Positions 1 to 12,175 are shown, counted from the first letter of the stretch. The stretch: 64,000 bases of DNA from an uncultured Planctomycetota bacterium (GCA_963823665.1 CAWGMQ010000007.1:224001-288000); one strand, 5' to 3'. The notes: generated from the letters alone by a model not told the origin. Numbers and translations: made by a program.

Positions 1-38
1 TTACGTCCCAGGAGTGGAGCTCGCGCTCTTGCCGCATT
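1..38 (-). CDS. nfi: 5' start of a second endonuclease V-like gene (runs off the window)
   Basis: Reads MRQERELHSWDV. DNA 5-29 matches 9729-9753, the TERELHSWDL start of the full nfi copy. Confidence 0.6.
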
Positions 39-97
39 GTCGTCTCGACCGTAAGACCAGAGCTCTTCGATTGCTCCGCGGTTGATGAATCACCTGG

Positions 98-322
98 CTA
101 CACTGCCGGCGCGGGGATGGCACCACGGCGGAGGAAGAGCGCCAAAAGAGCGTAGTAACCGATCGCTATCCCGATCAGGGCGTTGAAACCGAACATCAAG
201 GAGAGATACGCCGTCAGGCCCCCCAGGATGATGGCGCCGACGTTCGATCCAAAATCGACATCGGGCCGCGCACTGCGCGAAACAATGTGCCGAAGATCAC
301 ACCGGCGAAGAACACCGGAAGG
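98..322 (-). pseudogene. 3' fragment of the spermidine-synthase-like membrane gene (diverged duplicate of ~9808-10030)
   Basis: Encodes LPVFFAGVIFGTLFR / SARPDVDFGSNVGAIILGGLTAYLSLMFGFNALIGIAIGYY, near-identical to the C-terminus of 9808..12063, with a 1-nt deletion near 275. It has no N-terminal part. Confidence 0.8.
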
Positions 323-375
323 AGGCGCTCCGAGGTCACTGGAGCATCGAGTCAATGCACTGGGCGATGGGTCGC

Positions 376-3300
376 TCATCGTTTGGCCCTGCGTGAGGGT
401 GAATCGGGCCGCGATTCACGAGCCCGGCACGCGAAGGATGGTATCAGAATGAGCGCGGCGGAGGCCAAGGCCTTCAGTCCGGCGCCGATGCGATCCAACA
501 GGGCCGGTGCCGGCGTGCCGGCATCGCCGCGACCGGGCTCGCTGAATTGACCGGTCGTTCCTCCGTCCCTCAAACCAGAGCCGCGCGGCGGCTCGTCCCG
601 TGCGGCCCCCGCGTCCTGGACCTTCAATCGACCCACTGGATCAGGGGCACGCACGCGCGATCCCCCGCTTAGTCGAGGCCAGAAAAGGTCCTCGCTCCAG
701 GGATCGTGCGAGGGAGCGAAAGCCCCTGACAGGGTTGATTCCCCTGAGCGACGATAGTCGCCGAGCGCCTCGTCGATCCCGACGATCAGACGCCACAGCG
801 GCGACGTGTCGCCGATCGGATATTTCGCCGAAAGCTCAGGCATGCGTCCCATGCCAGTGCTGGCTTCCTCGCCGTACCCGAATCCGAATTCGAGTACTGG
901 CACGTTCAAATACGAATTGCCCTCCATCGCGACCAGAATCGCGACGCTCGCTCCTTTCACGAGCGTGCTCACCAGCGACGTGAACCCGCCGAGCGACAAC
1001 CCCACCGACACTCCGCCTCCGGGCGCCGCGGAAACCGCGGTCGATGACGACGACGTGCTCGCGGTGGACGACGATTCGGTCGTGCTCGACTCGCTCGAGC
1101 TCGTCAGCAGGAAAGCGGCCTGATTGAGCGAAAAACCCGCAGTCGCGGACGACGGTACGCCAGTTGTGGGGAACACCCCTCCGGATGGCGTGAACGTTCC
1201 CGGAGTGAAAGCCCCCGCCGCCTGTGACGCGTACACGTAGATGGTGTCGGAGCCTTGGCTGCTCACCAGCACGTCGAAGCTCCCGCTCGCGTTCTTGAGC
1301 ACATCAATCGAGCTGGGCAAGGCGGGCGTTCCCCCCTGTGCTTGCAATTGCGCCGAGACGATCAGGCCGTCTCCCTGCGGGGCGAGGAGATCGACGGCGC
1401 CGCTGGCCAGCGCCACCACGACCTGTCCGCTCGACGGGGCTTCCGCCGCGAGCACTTGTTCACCGGAGAACACCGCGCGGGCGCCGGCTGAGGGGTCGTT
1501 CAAAGCGAACCGGACCAGGTTTCCGGTGGCCGTCACCGCGTAGCCCAATTCCGAGTTTGCAACGAAGCTTGGAGGCTGCACCACCGCGCCGCCCAGGTTG
1601 AACAGCGTCCGCGGATGCTGGTCGTCAAAGAATCCGCCGCCGACGCCGGGCAACAGAATCACCGTGCCGCTGCCGCCATTGACGACCGCCAGGTCGAGGA
1701 CACCGTTGCCGGTCAGGTCGACCGCTTGGACCGCGATCGGGCCGTCGCCGCCGGACTTGAGGCGCGGGCCGGGGGTGCCGACCCAGTCGCCCTCGGCGTC
1801 GTACGAACCGAACAAGACCGAAATGTCATTGCTGCCCTGGTTGGCGATCAGCATGTCGGGGATATCGTCGCCGTTGATATCGGCCACGGTGACGCTCGCC
1901 GGCGCGGTACCGACAAAATAGGTCCGTGGCGGCGCGAAGGTGGGCACGCCATCGGTGATCGACAGGGTCCGATAGACCAGCACGGCATTGCTGCCGGTGC
2001 TCACCACGATGGCGTCGGGCAAGGTCGAGCCCTCGTCGAGGTACGCCCACTCCACGAACCCCGGCGCCAGTTGCGACGGCGAGGCGCCGCCGAGCGTCGA
2101 GACGGTCGTGTACTGGCCGCTTTTGCCCGATGGAGCCTGGACGCTTACGCGGTTGTCAGCCTGGTTGGCCACCAGCACGCCCGCCTCGCCGGCGCCGAGC
2201 AGGTTGGGGACCACGGACAGCGAAACGCGTTCGCCGCTGATCTGGAACGTGCCGTCCCCCTTGCCGTCCAGGATAAGGACGTCGCCGAAGCTGTTGCCCA
2301 CAAGCAGATTGAATAGCCCCGGGCCATTTCCGGGGACCAGGGCGAGTCCGGTGGCCTGGTTGCCGATGGCGATGCTGAACGTGTGCTGGAACGTGCCGTT
2401 GCCCTCGTTGGTGTAGATCCAGACCTGGCCGGTGTCTTCCATCAACACGGCGAGATCGAGCTTGCCGCCCTTGTGGAAGTCACCGGCTACGATGGCGCCG
2501 GGCTGGTTGTTGGCTCCGGCCGCGTCGCTGGTCGAGGTCGTCATCGCCAGGGTCGGGTCGAGGAAGCCGCCCTGGCCGTCGCCGGGGAGCACGTTGAAGC
2601 TATGCGTGCCGCGATCGACCACCACCAGGTCGGCCTGGCCGCTGCCGAGGACGTTGCCGCTTACCAGGCTGACCGGCAGCGAATCGCCCTTGGTGTCAGC
2701 GACGGAGATGTCCGAGGGCGTCCCGCCGACGGGGACCGTGGTCGGTGCCGCGAAATAGGGGGGTGCGAACTGACCCGGCGCCAAGGGGCCGACGAAGGGC
2801 TGCGCCGGGTATTGCAATGCGATGGTCACGCTACCGTTCAACGAGTTCGCGGCGATCAGGTCATCGAGGCCGTTGCCGTTGAGGTCGGCGGCGGTCAGGA
2901 CCGTGGGCTACGCCGTGGTCGAGAACGCGACGCTGCTGCTGGTACTGCCGTTGCGCGCAACCCGATAGATCGTGACAGCGTAGACAAAGCCGCTCTTCTA
3001 GAGTGCGGGGTCGGGGAGAGAGCCGGCGGCGGCAATCGCGTAGCCGTTCGCGGTATCGATAATGGCGATGGCCCGCGCCGGGGCGCCGGGATTGAGGATC
3101 ACGGGCGGCGCGAAGGTATTGGACGCGCCCGGCAAGGCCCGGCGATAGAGGATATCTCCCGAGCCGTCGACGATCACGCTGTCGAGCAGGCCGTCGCCGG
3201 TGAGGTCGACCAGAAACGGCGTGTTGCTCTGGCCGACGGCCGTGGCCTGCGACGCGGTCACGAAGGAATCCGCACCGATGTTCAATTGCACGCCGATCTG

Positions 3301-4739
3301 GGAGGTGGAGTTGCTCACGGTCACGAGGTCGGGCCGGCCGTCGCCGTTGATGTCGGTCACCAGGGTCTGCACCGGTTGATTGCCCGTGTTGTAAGGCTGA
3401 GGCGCGCCGAAGGTGCCGTCGCCGTTGCTCAGGAGCACGCTCACCGTGTTGTCGTCGTAGTTGGCGACGACGAGGTCGGGGATGCCGTCGCCAGTCAGGT
3501 CCACCGCCGCCAGCCCGCGGATCCCGGCCTGTCGGATAGGTTTGCTGGGCCTGGAAGGTGCCGTCGCCGTTACCCAGGAGCACGCTCACGGTATTGTCGG
3601 CAGAGTTGGTTGTGACGACGTCGGGCCGGCCGTCGTTGTTCAGGTCCGCCACTTCAACCGCCGCCGGGTTGCCGCCGACATCGGAAGTCGCTCCATCCGC
3701 GAATGTGCCGTCGCCGTTGCCCAGGAAAACGCTGACCGTGCCGTTGTATCGGCTGGACTCGATGACGTCGGGCTTGCCGTCGCCATTGACGTCGGCGACT
3801 GCGGCAGAGTAATTGTTTGGACCTAGCGGAATGACCGTCGAAGACCCAAAGGTGCCGCTGCCATTGCCCAGGAGCACATTCACAGAGTTGCCGGCTCCGT
3901 CCAGGACATCGAGTTTGCCGTCGCCGTAGACGTCCGCCAGCACAATATTAAAGGAATAACCGCCGATGTCGAAGATCTGCGGAGCAGCGAACGTGCCATT
4001 CCCGTAGCCCATGAGCACGCTGACGTCGCCATATCCGTCACCGGTGATGATGTCGGGGATGCCGTCGCCGTTCAAATCCGCCACTTCGAGTTGACTCGGG
4101 AAATTTCCCGTGACGAATGTCCGCGGCGCCTGAAATGAACCGTCGCCGTTGCCCATCAACACACTCACCGTGTCCGAGTAGTTGTTGGTCACGACGAGGT
4201 CGGGAATGCCGTCGCCGTTCAAGTCCGCGACGGCAACCGCATGCGGATTTGCGCCGACGGAATCGACTTGCTGAGGCCCGAAGGTGCCGTCGCCGTTGCC
4301 CGGCAAGATACTCACCGTGTTGCTGGCGTAGTTGGCGGCGACGATGTCAAGGATGCCGTCGCCGGTAAGATCAGCAACCGCGACGCTGGCGGGGTCCTGG
4401 CCAACGACGTAGTCTACTGGAGCCTGGAATGTGCCGTCGCCGTTGCCCATCAGCACACTGACGCTGGCATCCCGGTAGTTGGCGGTGACGATGTCCAGCT
4501 TTCCATTGCCGGTGAGATCGGCGAGCGCGATGGCCCTAACATATTCTGGAAAATCGATGACTTCCGGGGGCTGGAATGTGCCATCGCCATTACCCATGTA
4601 AATGCTAATCGTGCTCTCAGATTGATCGCCGGTGGCGACCAGGTCCAGGATCCCGTTGTTCGTCAGATCGCCGATGGCAAACCCATAACTGTTCAACGCA
4701 AAGGGATAGCTGGTGCCGACCGGAGCCAGCAGCGGGCTG
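376..4739 (-). pseudogene. Large FG-GAP/VCBS repeat surface protein, 5'-truncated and disrupted
   Basis: Many DLNGDGxxDLVxAN...GNGDGTF repeats across ORFs 2861-4696, 2998-3504 and 376-2841. Frameshift ~3510-3525, in-frame TAG at 2998-3000 and 2908-2910, and 5' end fused to a kinase fragment. Confidence 0.8.
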
Positions 4740-5339
4740 GTCGCGATGAACGATTCCGTGCTGGTGCGCGAAATCCATGGCGCGCGCCAGCGTTTCCGCC
4801 AGCTCGGCAGCCGCCTGAGGCGTTGCCGGGTTCTCGCGCATCTGCGAGTTGAGGCTGCCTCCCTCCACGAACTCGAGAGTTAGATACGGGCAGCCGTCGT
4901 GATCGCCGGTTTCATAGATGTGCACGATGTTGGGATGATCGAGCTTGGCAACGGCTTCCGCCTCGGTGCGGAAACGAGCCAGGCCGGATTGACCGACGTG
5001 CGCTCCCCCCAGGATCATCTTGAGCGAGACGAGCCGATTCAACCGGCGGTGCCGTGCCTTGTAGACAACACCCATGCCGCCCCGGCCGAGCTCCTGGAGC
5101 AGGTCGTAACCCGGCACCGTCACGCCGTCGAGTACAGCGGAATCAGATGGGGAATCGCGAGATGTAGCGCTGGAGTGATCGTCGTGCGTGGGATCGACGG
5201 CTCGGCCGTTGCCGGCGATGGCTAACGTATCGCGATCTGCCTCGCAAAGGTTGTCGGCGACCGTCATGGGAGGATCAGCCGCCGTTTTCTTGTCGAGCGC
5301 GGCCAAGATTGTCTCTTCTAGGCGCGACGGAATTGTCAT
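4740..5339 (-). pseudogene. Ser/Thr protein kinase, truncated right after the HRD catalytic motif
   Basis: LGRGGMGVVYKA, VSLKMI, GIVHRD, then abrupt loss of kinase homology (no LKP or DFG). Confidence 0.85.
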
Positions 5340-5365
5340 GGGATCGCTCCGCTTCGAACTGGCAC

Positions 5366-5400
5366 CCTTCAGTGCGACGAACGGGGCTTGAACCCCTCAA
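5366..5400 (-). promoter_or_regulatory. Bipartite motif TTGAGGGGTTC-N10-CGTCGCACTGAAGG upstream of kinase 2 (putative ECF promoter)
   Basis: Same 11+14 nt blocks and spacing as at 8206-8240. Confidence 0.55.
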
Positions 5401-5442
5401 TCGGACCGAATTAATTCTCAGCGATCGAGAACATCCGCCACG

Positions 5443-8200
5443 CTACTTCTCGAACTCGCCCTTCTCGTGGCGAGCCCAGAATTCCGCGGCGGGCCAAACC
5501 TGGTTCCAATTCGTGCCGATGGTTTTGAGGCTCTTCATCTTGCGAAGGATCTCCAGGCCCCCGGCGGTGATGTTCTTGGGCGTCAGGCGGATCTCTTCGA
5601 GCGACATGTCTTTGAGCGGCAACAGGTTGGAGACTTCGGTGCCGACCAGATTGAGGTACTTCAGGTGCTTGAAGTTCTTGACGTGGACCAGCCCAGAGTC
5701 GCTCACTTGCGTGCCAGACAGGATGAGCACGGTGAGGTCTTTGCAGCCTTTGACCTGAGCGAGGTTTGGGTCACCCATCTTCGTATCGCTGCAGTTGAGG
5801 TGAATGAGCGGCATCCCACTCAGTGGCGAGAGGTCGGTCACCTTTGTGCCGCCACAGTGGAGAAAGGTCAGCTTCATTCCCGCGACGGGAGAGAGGTCGA
5901 ATACCTGGGTGTAACACACCGTCAGCGCGGTCAGTTTCATGCCCTTCAGGGGCGAGAGATCGGAAATTGTCGTGCCTTGAAAATCCAGGTCCAACAACTT
6001 CATGCCGGCCAGGTCGTTCAGGTCCCTGACTTTCGTGCCGTTAATAAATAGAGTTCGCAGCGGCATTCCCTTCAGCGGCGAGAGGTCGTGCACGTCGGTG
6101 CCGATACACTCCAGTTTCCGCAACTTCATGCCTTCCAGAGGCGACAGGTCGTGCACCCGCGTGTTCCAGCAGACCAATTCCGTCAAGGGCATGCCTCTGA
6201 GTGGCGAGATGTCATCGAGTTGACCTTCAGTGACCCACAAGGTCGTCAGCGGCAACCCGGCCAAGGGCGACAAGTCGGTCAAAGGACTTTTGCCGGCATG
6301 CCTGCCGAGACACTTGAGCGACCTCAACCGGGAGAGCACACGCACCGGCGAGATGTCGTCGACGTCATCCGTGTTCAACTCAAGTCGCCTCACCACGCCG
6401 TTCTCGATGGTGGGCACAAGAGCGCTGTCGAAGCCGGGATTGAGCTCCTTCAGTCGAGCACTCAGGGACTTCACCTGCTCGGCCGCCGACAGGACGGTCA
6501 CGACACGTTCCCAAGCGGACTCATCGGCGGACTGCGTCCTTGCGCTGGCGAGAGATCGCGGCGGCTCCCGGCTGACCCGCACGACCTGCCGGCCGTTTCG
6601 TTGGACGGTGACCAGTTCCTGACTCACGATTTTGCCGTGCTTGGTTGCTTCAACCTTGTATATCCCCGGCTGAAGGCGGATTTCCTTGGCCCCCGTCCCT
6701 GTCATAACGATGTCCGAACCGGCGATCTTGACGCTGACGCGGGGGTCGTCGACCTCGATGACCAGCGTGCCCTCCGGGGAGAACAGGCGAATGACCGTAC
6801 CGTGGAGATTGGTGGAACCAGAAGCATCCGTGAGCCCAAAGCCTGCAAGCAGCGCCAGAATCACGGCTGCGGCCACAAACCAGCGATTGTGGAGGAACCA
6901 CGGTTGTGGAAACCCCGGCGCGGCCTCAGGGTCAATCGTTGACGGGGGCTTTTTCGCCAATTCGGGCGGCGGGACAGCAAGGGTCACACGGGCGTGATCC
7001 GGACTTTGCCGCGCACCCTGGAAATCGGCCAGCAAGTCCGCGACGTCTTGCGCACTCGCGAACCGATCGGCGGGGTCTTTGGCATGTAAACGCGAGATCA
7101 AATCGCAGACATACGAAGGGACGTCCGGGACGATCTCTTGGATCGCTCGTGGCGTCTCTTCCACGACGCGTTTGAGCACGGCGACGGAGTTGGCGGCCCG
7201 GAACGGTGGCCGGCCGGTGCACATCGTATAAAGTACGCTACCCAGACTGAACAGGTCGGCCCGCTGATCGATGGTTTCGCCCTGGGCCTGCTCGGGCGAC
7301 ATGTACATGGGCGTTCCGGCGATAAATCCCGATTGGCTTGTGCTCGAGTCGTCGGCTGCACGGGCCAGGCCGAAGTCGGTGATCTTGACCTGCTCGAGGC
7401 TGCCTTCGAGCAGAATGTTGCTGGGCTTGATGTCGCGATGGATCAGGCGCCTGGAATGCGCGGCGGCCAGACCCAGGGCGATCTGGCGGCCAATGCGCAA
7501 CACATCCGGGATGGCGAGCGGCCCCGTCGCGTCGAGCTTCTGCTGCAAGGTTTGCCCGGCGATGTACTCCATCACCAGATAGGGGATTGGCTCGTCCTCG
7601 ACGCTGTAAATGGCGACGACGTTCTCGTGGCGGACTGCGGCCGCCGATCGCGCTCGCGCAAGAATCGCTTGCGGGGCGGCGATGTCGCGGCCAAGAAGAG
7701 AGACATGAGCTTGATGGCGACGGTTCGATGTAGCTTTTCATCGAAGGCCTTCGCCACGGTGCCGAAGCTGCCCTTCCCGAGCACTTCGAGAACCTCGTAA
7801 TGAGCCAACCGGCCGAGCGAGCCGGACTTCTCCGAAGGCTGCAAAACGTCGAGGGTGTTGTCGTCACCCCCATCGTGCTCGCCGGCGATCGTTTCGATCA
7901 GCTCACATTGAGGTGAGGAGGAACCAGCGAGCCAGTCGCGAAGGTCAGCCTGATCGGCCCGCTCGGTTGAATCGCATGGGCCAATTTCATGACCCTCGAC
8001 TGCGGGGCGAGCCAGGAAATCAATCGCCTGAGGATAGACCCGCAGGAGGCGTTCCACTTCAAGGCGCAGCTCGGCATCGTCGCCACACGCGTGATCCAGA
8101 AAATCGGCGCGGTCACTGTCGGAGCCCCTATCCAGGGCCGCATGAAAGATCGCTTGGAGCTCGGATGGGGCGTAAATGGCGTGACTCCTGTCGGCACTGA
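5443..8200 (-). CDS. Ser/Thr kinase with TM segment and C-terminal leucine-rich repeats (frameshift ~7655, start uncertain)
   Basis: N-terminal 'AIFHAALD..RADFLDHACGDDAELRLEVERLL', LGKGSFGTV, HRDIKPSN, DFGLAR, GTPMYMSPEQ, TM helix and DLSPLxGMxL repeats. Confidence 0.85.
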
Positions 8201-8205
8201 CTCTT

Positions 8206-8240
8206 CCTTCAGTGCGACGCGCTCGGACAGAACCCCTCAA
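8206..8240 (-). promoter_or_regulatory. Bipartite motif upstream of kinase 1 (putative ECF promoter)
   Basis: TTGAGGGGTTC-N10-CGTCGCACTGAAGG, repeated at 5366-5400. Confidence 0.55.
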
Positions 8241-8258
8241 ACATTGCGACGATTTTTT

Positions 8259-8850
8259 TCATGAGGCCGGCGAATTGTCGCGATTCGTCATTTCGGCGAA
8301 GAGCCACGTACGGGCGTAAGTCCATTTTCTTTCGACGGTTGCGAGCAGAGACCCCCAACACTTCGGCGATCTCCGCCATCGTCAGTCCGCCGAAGTAGCG
8401 GAGATTCACCAGCTCGGCAGAGCCTGGGTCTTTCACCGCCAATTTGCTCAGGGCTTCGTCGAGAGCCTCGAGATCTTCAGATTGTTCCGGCGCCAGTGAA
8501 GCGACGGCTTCGAAGTTGACGCGCTCACGGCCACCGCCGTGCTTGAGCCGCTTTTTTCGTCGCGCGTTTTCGACAAGGATCCGGCGCATCGCCTCAGCGG
8601 CGGCTGCAAAGAAATGTCCGCGACTATTCCACGGCAACTGTTTGCCTGATTCTCGCTGGGGAGTCGCAACCAGGCGCAGGTACGCCTCGTGGACCAGAGC
8701 GGTGGCGTCGAGTGTTTGCTCGGGTGGCTCGCTGGCCAATTTCCGAGCGGCCAATTTGCGAAGCTCGTCATAGATCAGGGGCAAGAGCTGACTGGCGGCG
8801 CCAGCGTCGCCCTGCTCGATCGCCGAGAGGATGAGGGTGACATCGGACAT
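8259..8850 (-). CDS. ECF sigma factor, TIGR02999-like kinase-associated type (frameshift ~8340)
   Basis: MSDVTLILSAIEQGD..LLPLIYDELRKLA..TALVHEAYLRL..HFFAAAAEAMRRIL. The alternative frame completes TVERKWTYARTWL, with stop at 8259. Confidence 0.9.
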
Positions 8851-9074
8851 CGCCGGAGCCCGGGGAATCGTTCTCGCGTTCAGATGGACATACGGTTTAT
8901 GCGAAGATTATCCCATCCTGCGAGTACCGGAGCAAGCCGGCCGGCTTGAAGCCTCAGGACGCATGTCGAACTTGCCTTCCTGGGCTTGAACCAATGGCGA
9001 AAAAGCCACCACAGCAACGATGACCGTCGTCCCCAGATACCGGCCGTCTCGATCCCGCAAATATACAGAGCAAT

Positions 9075-9776
9075 TCACTCCGGTGCGCTGAGCAAACGTA
9101 GCTCGTTGACGTACTGATGGGCCAAACGGGTTGTGATCGGCTGGCGATAAGCCGGCGACGCGGCAAGCACCACTTCGATCGCGCTCTTCAGATCGCAAAG
9201 ATGGCCGCTCGAGACGAACACGGGTTTAACTCTTGTGCGCATGCGCAAGACCGCGCCGATGGTTTCGCCCTGGTCGGTCAGGGGCGACCAGTCGCCACGG
9301 TCGGGGCCAGGCTCGTCGAATTCGCCGAAGAACCATGACTTGGCACAGCCGATTGTGGGAATGCCGAGCCATAGCCCCAGATGCGCAGCCAGGCCCATCC
9401 GCCGCGGGTGTGCAATTCCTTGGCCGTCGCAGATCAGCACGTCCGGCTTCACGCGGAGCTTTTCAAACGCTTCGATCACCGCCGGAGCTTCCCGGAACGT
9501 GAGCAGACCCGGAACATAGGGGAACCTCGCCTCGGCGAGCATCCCCGAGCGGTCGAGGACCTCAAGTGTTCCCGCCTGCAGAACGACCACGGCCGCATGA
9601 AGCCATTTGGCCCGTTTATCATACGAGACGTCGGCGCCCGCAATTGTTTTGTAGGATTTGAGCGCGCAGGTCGTATTGATCTGCGCCGCGAGGCGCAGTT
9701 GCAGGTCGCGGGCTTCCGTGGTGCTTAAGTCCCAGGAGTGGAGCTCGCGTTCTGTAGGCACCGGAAGATTTTCCAT
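9075..9776 (-). CDS. nfi: Endonuclease V (deoxyinosine 3' endonuclease)
   Basis: AGADVSY, FPYVPGLLTFRE, DGQGIAHPRRMGLA, PTIGCAKS motifs. Confidence 0.95.
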   Translation of the reverse strand: MENLPVPTERELHSWDLSTTEARDLQLRLAAQINTTCALKSYKTIAGADVSYDKRAKWLHAAVVVLQAGTLEVLDRSGMLAEARFPYVPGLLTFREAPAVIEAFEKLRVKPDVLICDGQGIAHPRRMGLAAHLGLWLGIPTIGCAKSWFFGEFDEPGPDRGDWSPLTDQGETIGAVLRMRTRVKPVFVSSGHLCDLKSAIEVVLAASPAYRQPITTRLAHQYVNELRLLSAPE

Positions 9777-9807
9777 TGACCGGTTGTCACGCGACGGTTG
9801 TCCGGGC

Positions 9808-12063
9808 CTACGCGGCGAGCGCAGGCAGTCCACGACGGCGGGCGAACAGGGCTGATAGCCCATAGTAACCGATCGCGATTCCGATCAAGGCATTGAATCC
9901 GAAGATCAACGAGAGATACTCGGTGAGCCCGCCCAGGATGATGCCACCGACGTTTGATCCGAAATCGACATCGGGCCGCGCGCTTGCGCGAAACAATGTG
10001 CCGAAGATCACACCGGCGAAGAACACCGGGAGATAGACGACCAGGCACGAGACGACGACCTTGCCGGCGCCTGGGAGCGACAGGTAGGTATCCATGGGCA
10101 CAATCACGTTGACCAGAAGACTCGCGAGGAGCACCACGTAGAAAGGCCAGAGGCGTTTGGGCCGAACGGCCATCACGAAGAGATTGCTCAGGAGGATCAT
10201 CGAGAGGATCGCGAAGAACACGATCGAGTTGACAACCCACGTCGATCCAAACAAGAGCGCCATGTGCACGACGCCTTTGGTTTCCAGCAGCATGAAGCCG
10301 GCGCCCAGAAAGAACATTGTTGCGTTCGGTCGCACTTTTCGGACCGGCGCGAATGCGAGCAGGATCGCCACCGAAAGGGCAGCGACGATGGCGATGCCGC
10401 GCAGGTTCAATGCGGGGATCGCCGGCTCGCGCAGGTACAGAAACGGCCAGAGGTCGGTGGGCACGTACTCGCGGGCAGGCGGTTCGACTTTCGCGGGGGC
10501 GATTCTCATGAATTGGTGCTGCGGAGCATCGAGTTTGGCGGGTGGCATCGGGTCGAAGCCATTCACATCGAAATTGAGCACGGGTTCCTGATAGAGCCGG
10601 AAAAAACGGCCGTTCGCGAACCGAGCCAGAATCGGTTCCAGGCGGCTCGACGTTTTTTCCGTCGCGAGCAAGACGGTGACCTGACCGCGCAAGTTGTCGT
10701 CAGGGCGAATGACCGGGCGATAGGGCACGGACAGCACAACGGGCGGCCTGCCGAAAACTCCCTCGGCGAGCGCTTTCAGCCGGTCGACGAGCCAGCCCTG
10801 CCGGTACGAGTTATACATGACGAAGGCGCCGCCGGGCTTCAGATGGGCCTGCACGTCGCGAACGGCCTGCTCGGTGAACAGGAAGCTCTCGAGCCGGACG
10901 CTGGAATAACTCGAATGAAGCGCCAGCGAATCGACGAGTGCGTAGACGATCAAGTCGTATTTTCGGGCGCTCTGGCGGAGGAACCCGCGGCCGTCGGTGA
11001 GATGGACGCTCACACGGGGGTCGCTAAAGGGTTTGTTGGGATGATCACGGCGTCCCAGCTCGTTGAAAACGGGGTCGATCTCGACGGCGTCGACGTGCTT
11101 GACGCCTTGCGCCAGAGCGGCCGCCACGTCGTTGCCCGAACCGGCACCGATGATCAGCACGTCGTCGAACGGTGCCCCTCCTGAGTCTCGATTGAGGAGG
11201 TAGGGCAAGAAGTAGCCTGCGCCGAAGGCCTCGACGCGCAGCATTCCTTGATGGCCGATGTTGTTGACGTCGATCGATTGATACTTCGGCTTGTAGCGTA
11301 CCTGATAATACGGCGACCAGATGACGTCAGTGTGCACACCTTTGACGTCGACCGGCCAGTCCGGCCAGGCAATGAGTGCCACGACTGGAAGAACGCCGAT
11401 CGCTTGCAAGACGCGCCGGCGGGGGATGAAGTACACCGCCGGTGCCAGCGCGATGGCGAACCAGGCGAACGCCGGCAGGCGGAACCATGACATGACCCCG
11501 AAGAGCGCGATGCCCGCCAGACTGCCCAGTATGTCGGCCGAGTAAGCCGCCATGCGGTTCTCGATCACCGCGAACCGGCGGCCCATTTCCTGGCCAAGCC
11601 CGAGGAAAAGAAGCGCGACGAGCGCGAAGAAGTAGCCGGCGAGGACTTCGATCGGGATCACCCACTTCGAGGTGTCTCTGAGCCGGACTTCAGTCCCGAA
11701 ATAGATGAGCTGCGGCGACTGCTGCGAGCCCACGTCGACCATGATCTGACCGAACCGGTCGTAGAGCCACCATGAACCGGAAGCAGAGGCTGCGATCAAG
11801 AGTGCGAATGGTATGAACGTGTTGATCCATGAAAACCGGCGTGGGGCCGCGAGGCAGCCCACCGAGACACCGAGGAAGCAGGCCATCAGAACGATGTTGG
11901 TGAAGTACGTCAGGAAGATGACGACGCTGCCCAGCCAGCGGATGCAGGCCAGCTCGAGGAAGAGGATGAGGAAGCTGAGCAGGAAGAGCTCGGCGGTGGG
12001 ATGGGGCGCTCGAGGGCTCGTTGGTCGTTGAGCTTCGCGAGTTATCGGGGAGGAAGAAGACAT
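9808..12063 (-). CDS. Membrane-bound spermidine synthase-like / SAM-dependent methyltransferase
   Basis: Multiple TM helices flanking VLIIGAGSGNDV, DAVEIDP, DGRGFL and PTDLWPFLYL. Confidence 0.8.
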   Translation of the reverse strand: MSSSSPITREAQRPTSPRAPHPTAELFLLSFLILFLELACIRWLGSVVIFLTYFTNIVLMACFLGVSVGCLAAPRRFSWINTFIPFALLIAASASGSWWLYDRFGQIMVDVGSQQSPQLIYFGTEVRLRDTSKWVIPIEVLAGYFFALVALLFLGLGQEMGRRFAVIENRMAAYSADILGSLAGIALFGVMSWFRLPAFAWFAIALAPAVYFIPRRRVLQAIGVLPVVALIAWPDWPVDVKGVHTDVIWSPYYQVRYKPKYQSIDVNNIGHQGMLRVEAFGAGYFLPYLLNRDSGGAPFDDVLIIGAGSGNDVAAALAQGVKHVDAVEIDPVFNELGRRDHPNKPFSDPRVSVHLTDGRGFLRQSARKYDLIVYALVDSLALHSSYSSVRLESFLFTEQAVRDVQAHLKPGGAFVMYNSYRQGWLVDRLKALAEGVFGRPPVVLSVPYRPVIRPDDNLRGQVTVLLATEKTSSRLEPILARFANGRFFRLYQEPVLNFDVNGFDPMPPAKLDAPQHQFMRIAPAKVEPPAREYVPTDLWPFLYLREPAIPALNLRGIAIVAALSVAILLAFAPVRKVRPNATMFFLGAGFMLLETKGVVHMALLFGSTWVVNSIVFFAILSMILLSNLFVMAVRPKRLWPFYVVLLASLLVNVIVPMDTYLSLPGAGKVVVSCLVVYLPVFFAGVIFGTLFRASARPDVDFGSNVGGIILGGLTEYLSLIFGFNALIGIAIGYYGLSALFARRRGLPALAA

Positions 12064-12175
12064 GTCGCTCTCGTTGCGCTCGCTGGGGTCGATACTACGG
12101 TCGTCAATCCACGGATGGCGGCGTATGATGTTGGTGTCACACCAAGAAACAGGAGTTGGCACTCTGCGTCAATCG

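Noticed and set aside
376..6400. Diversity-generating retroelement acting on FG-GAP or LRR repeats
   Set aside because: No reverse transcriptase and no adenine-specific template/variable repeat pair. The repeats are ordinary coding repeats.
8908..9070. Small secreted protein between nfi and the ECF sigma
   Set aside because: A signal-peptide-like stretch only, with no clear start or domain. Probably a remnant.
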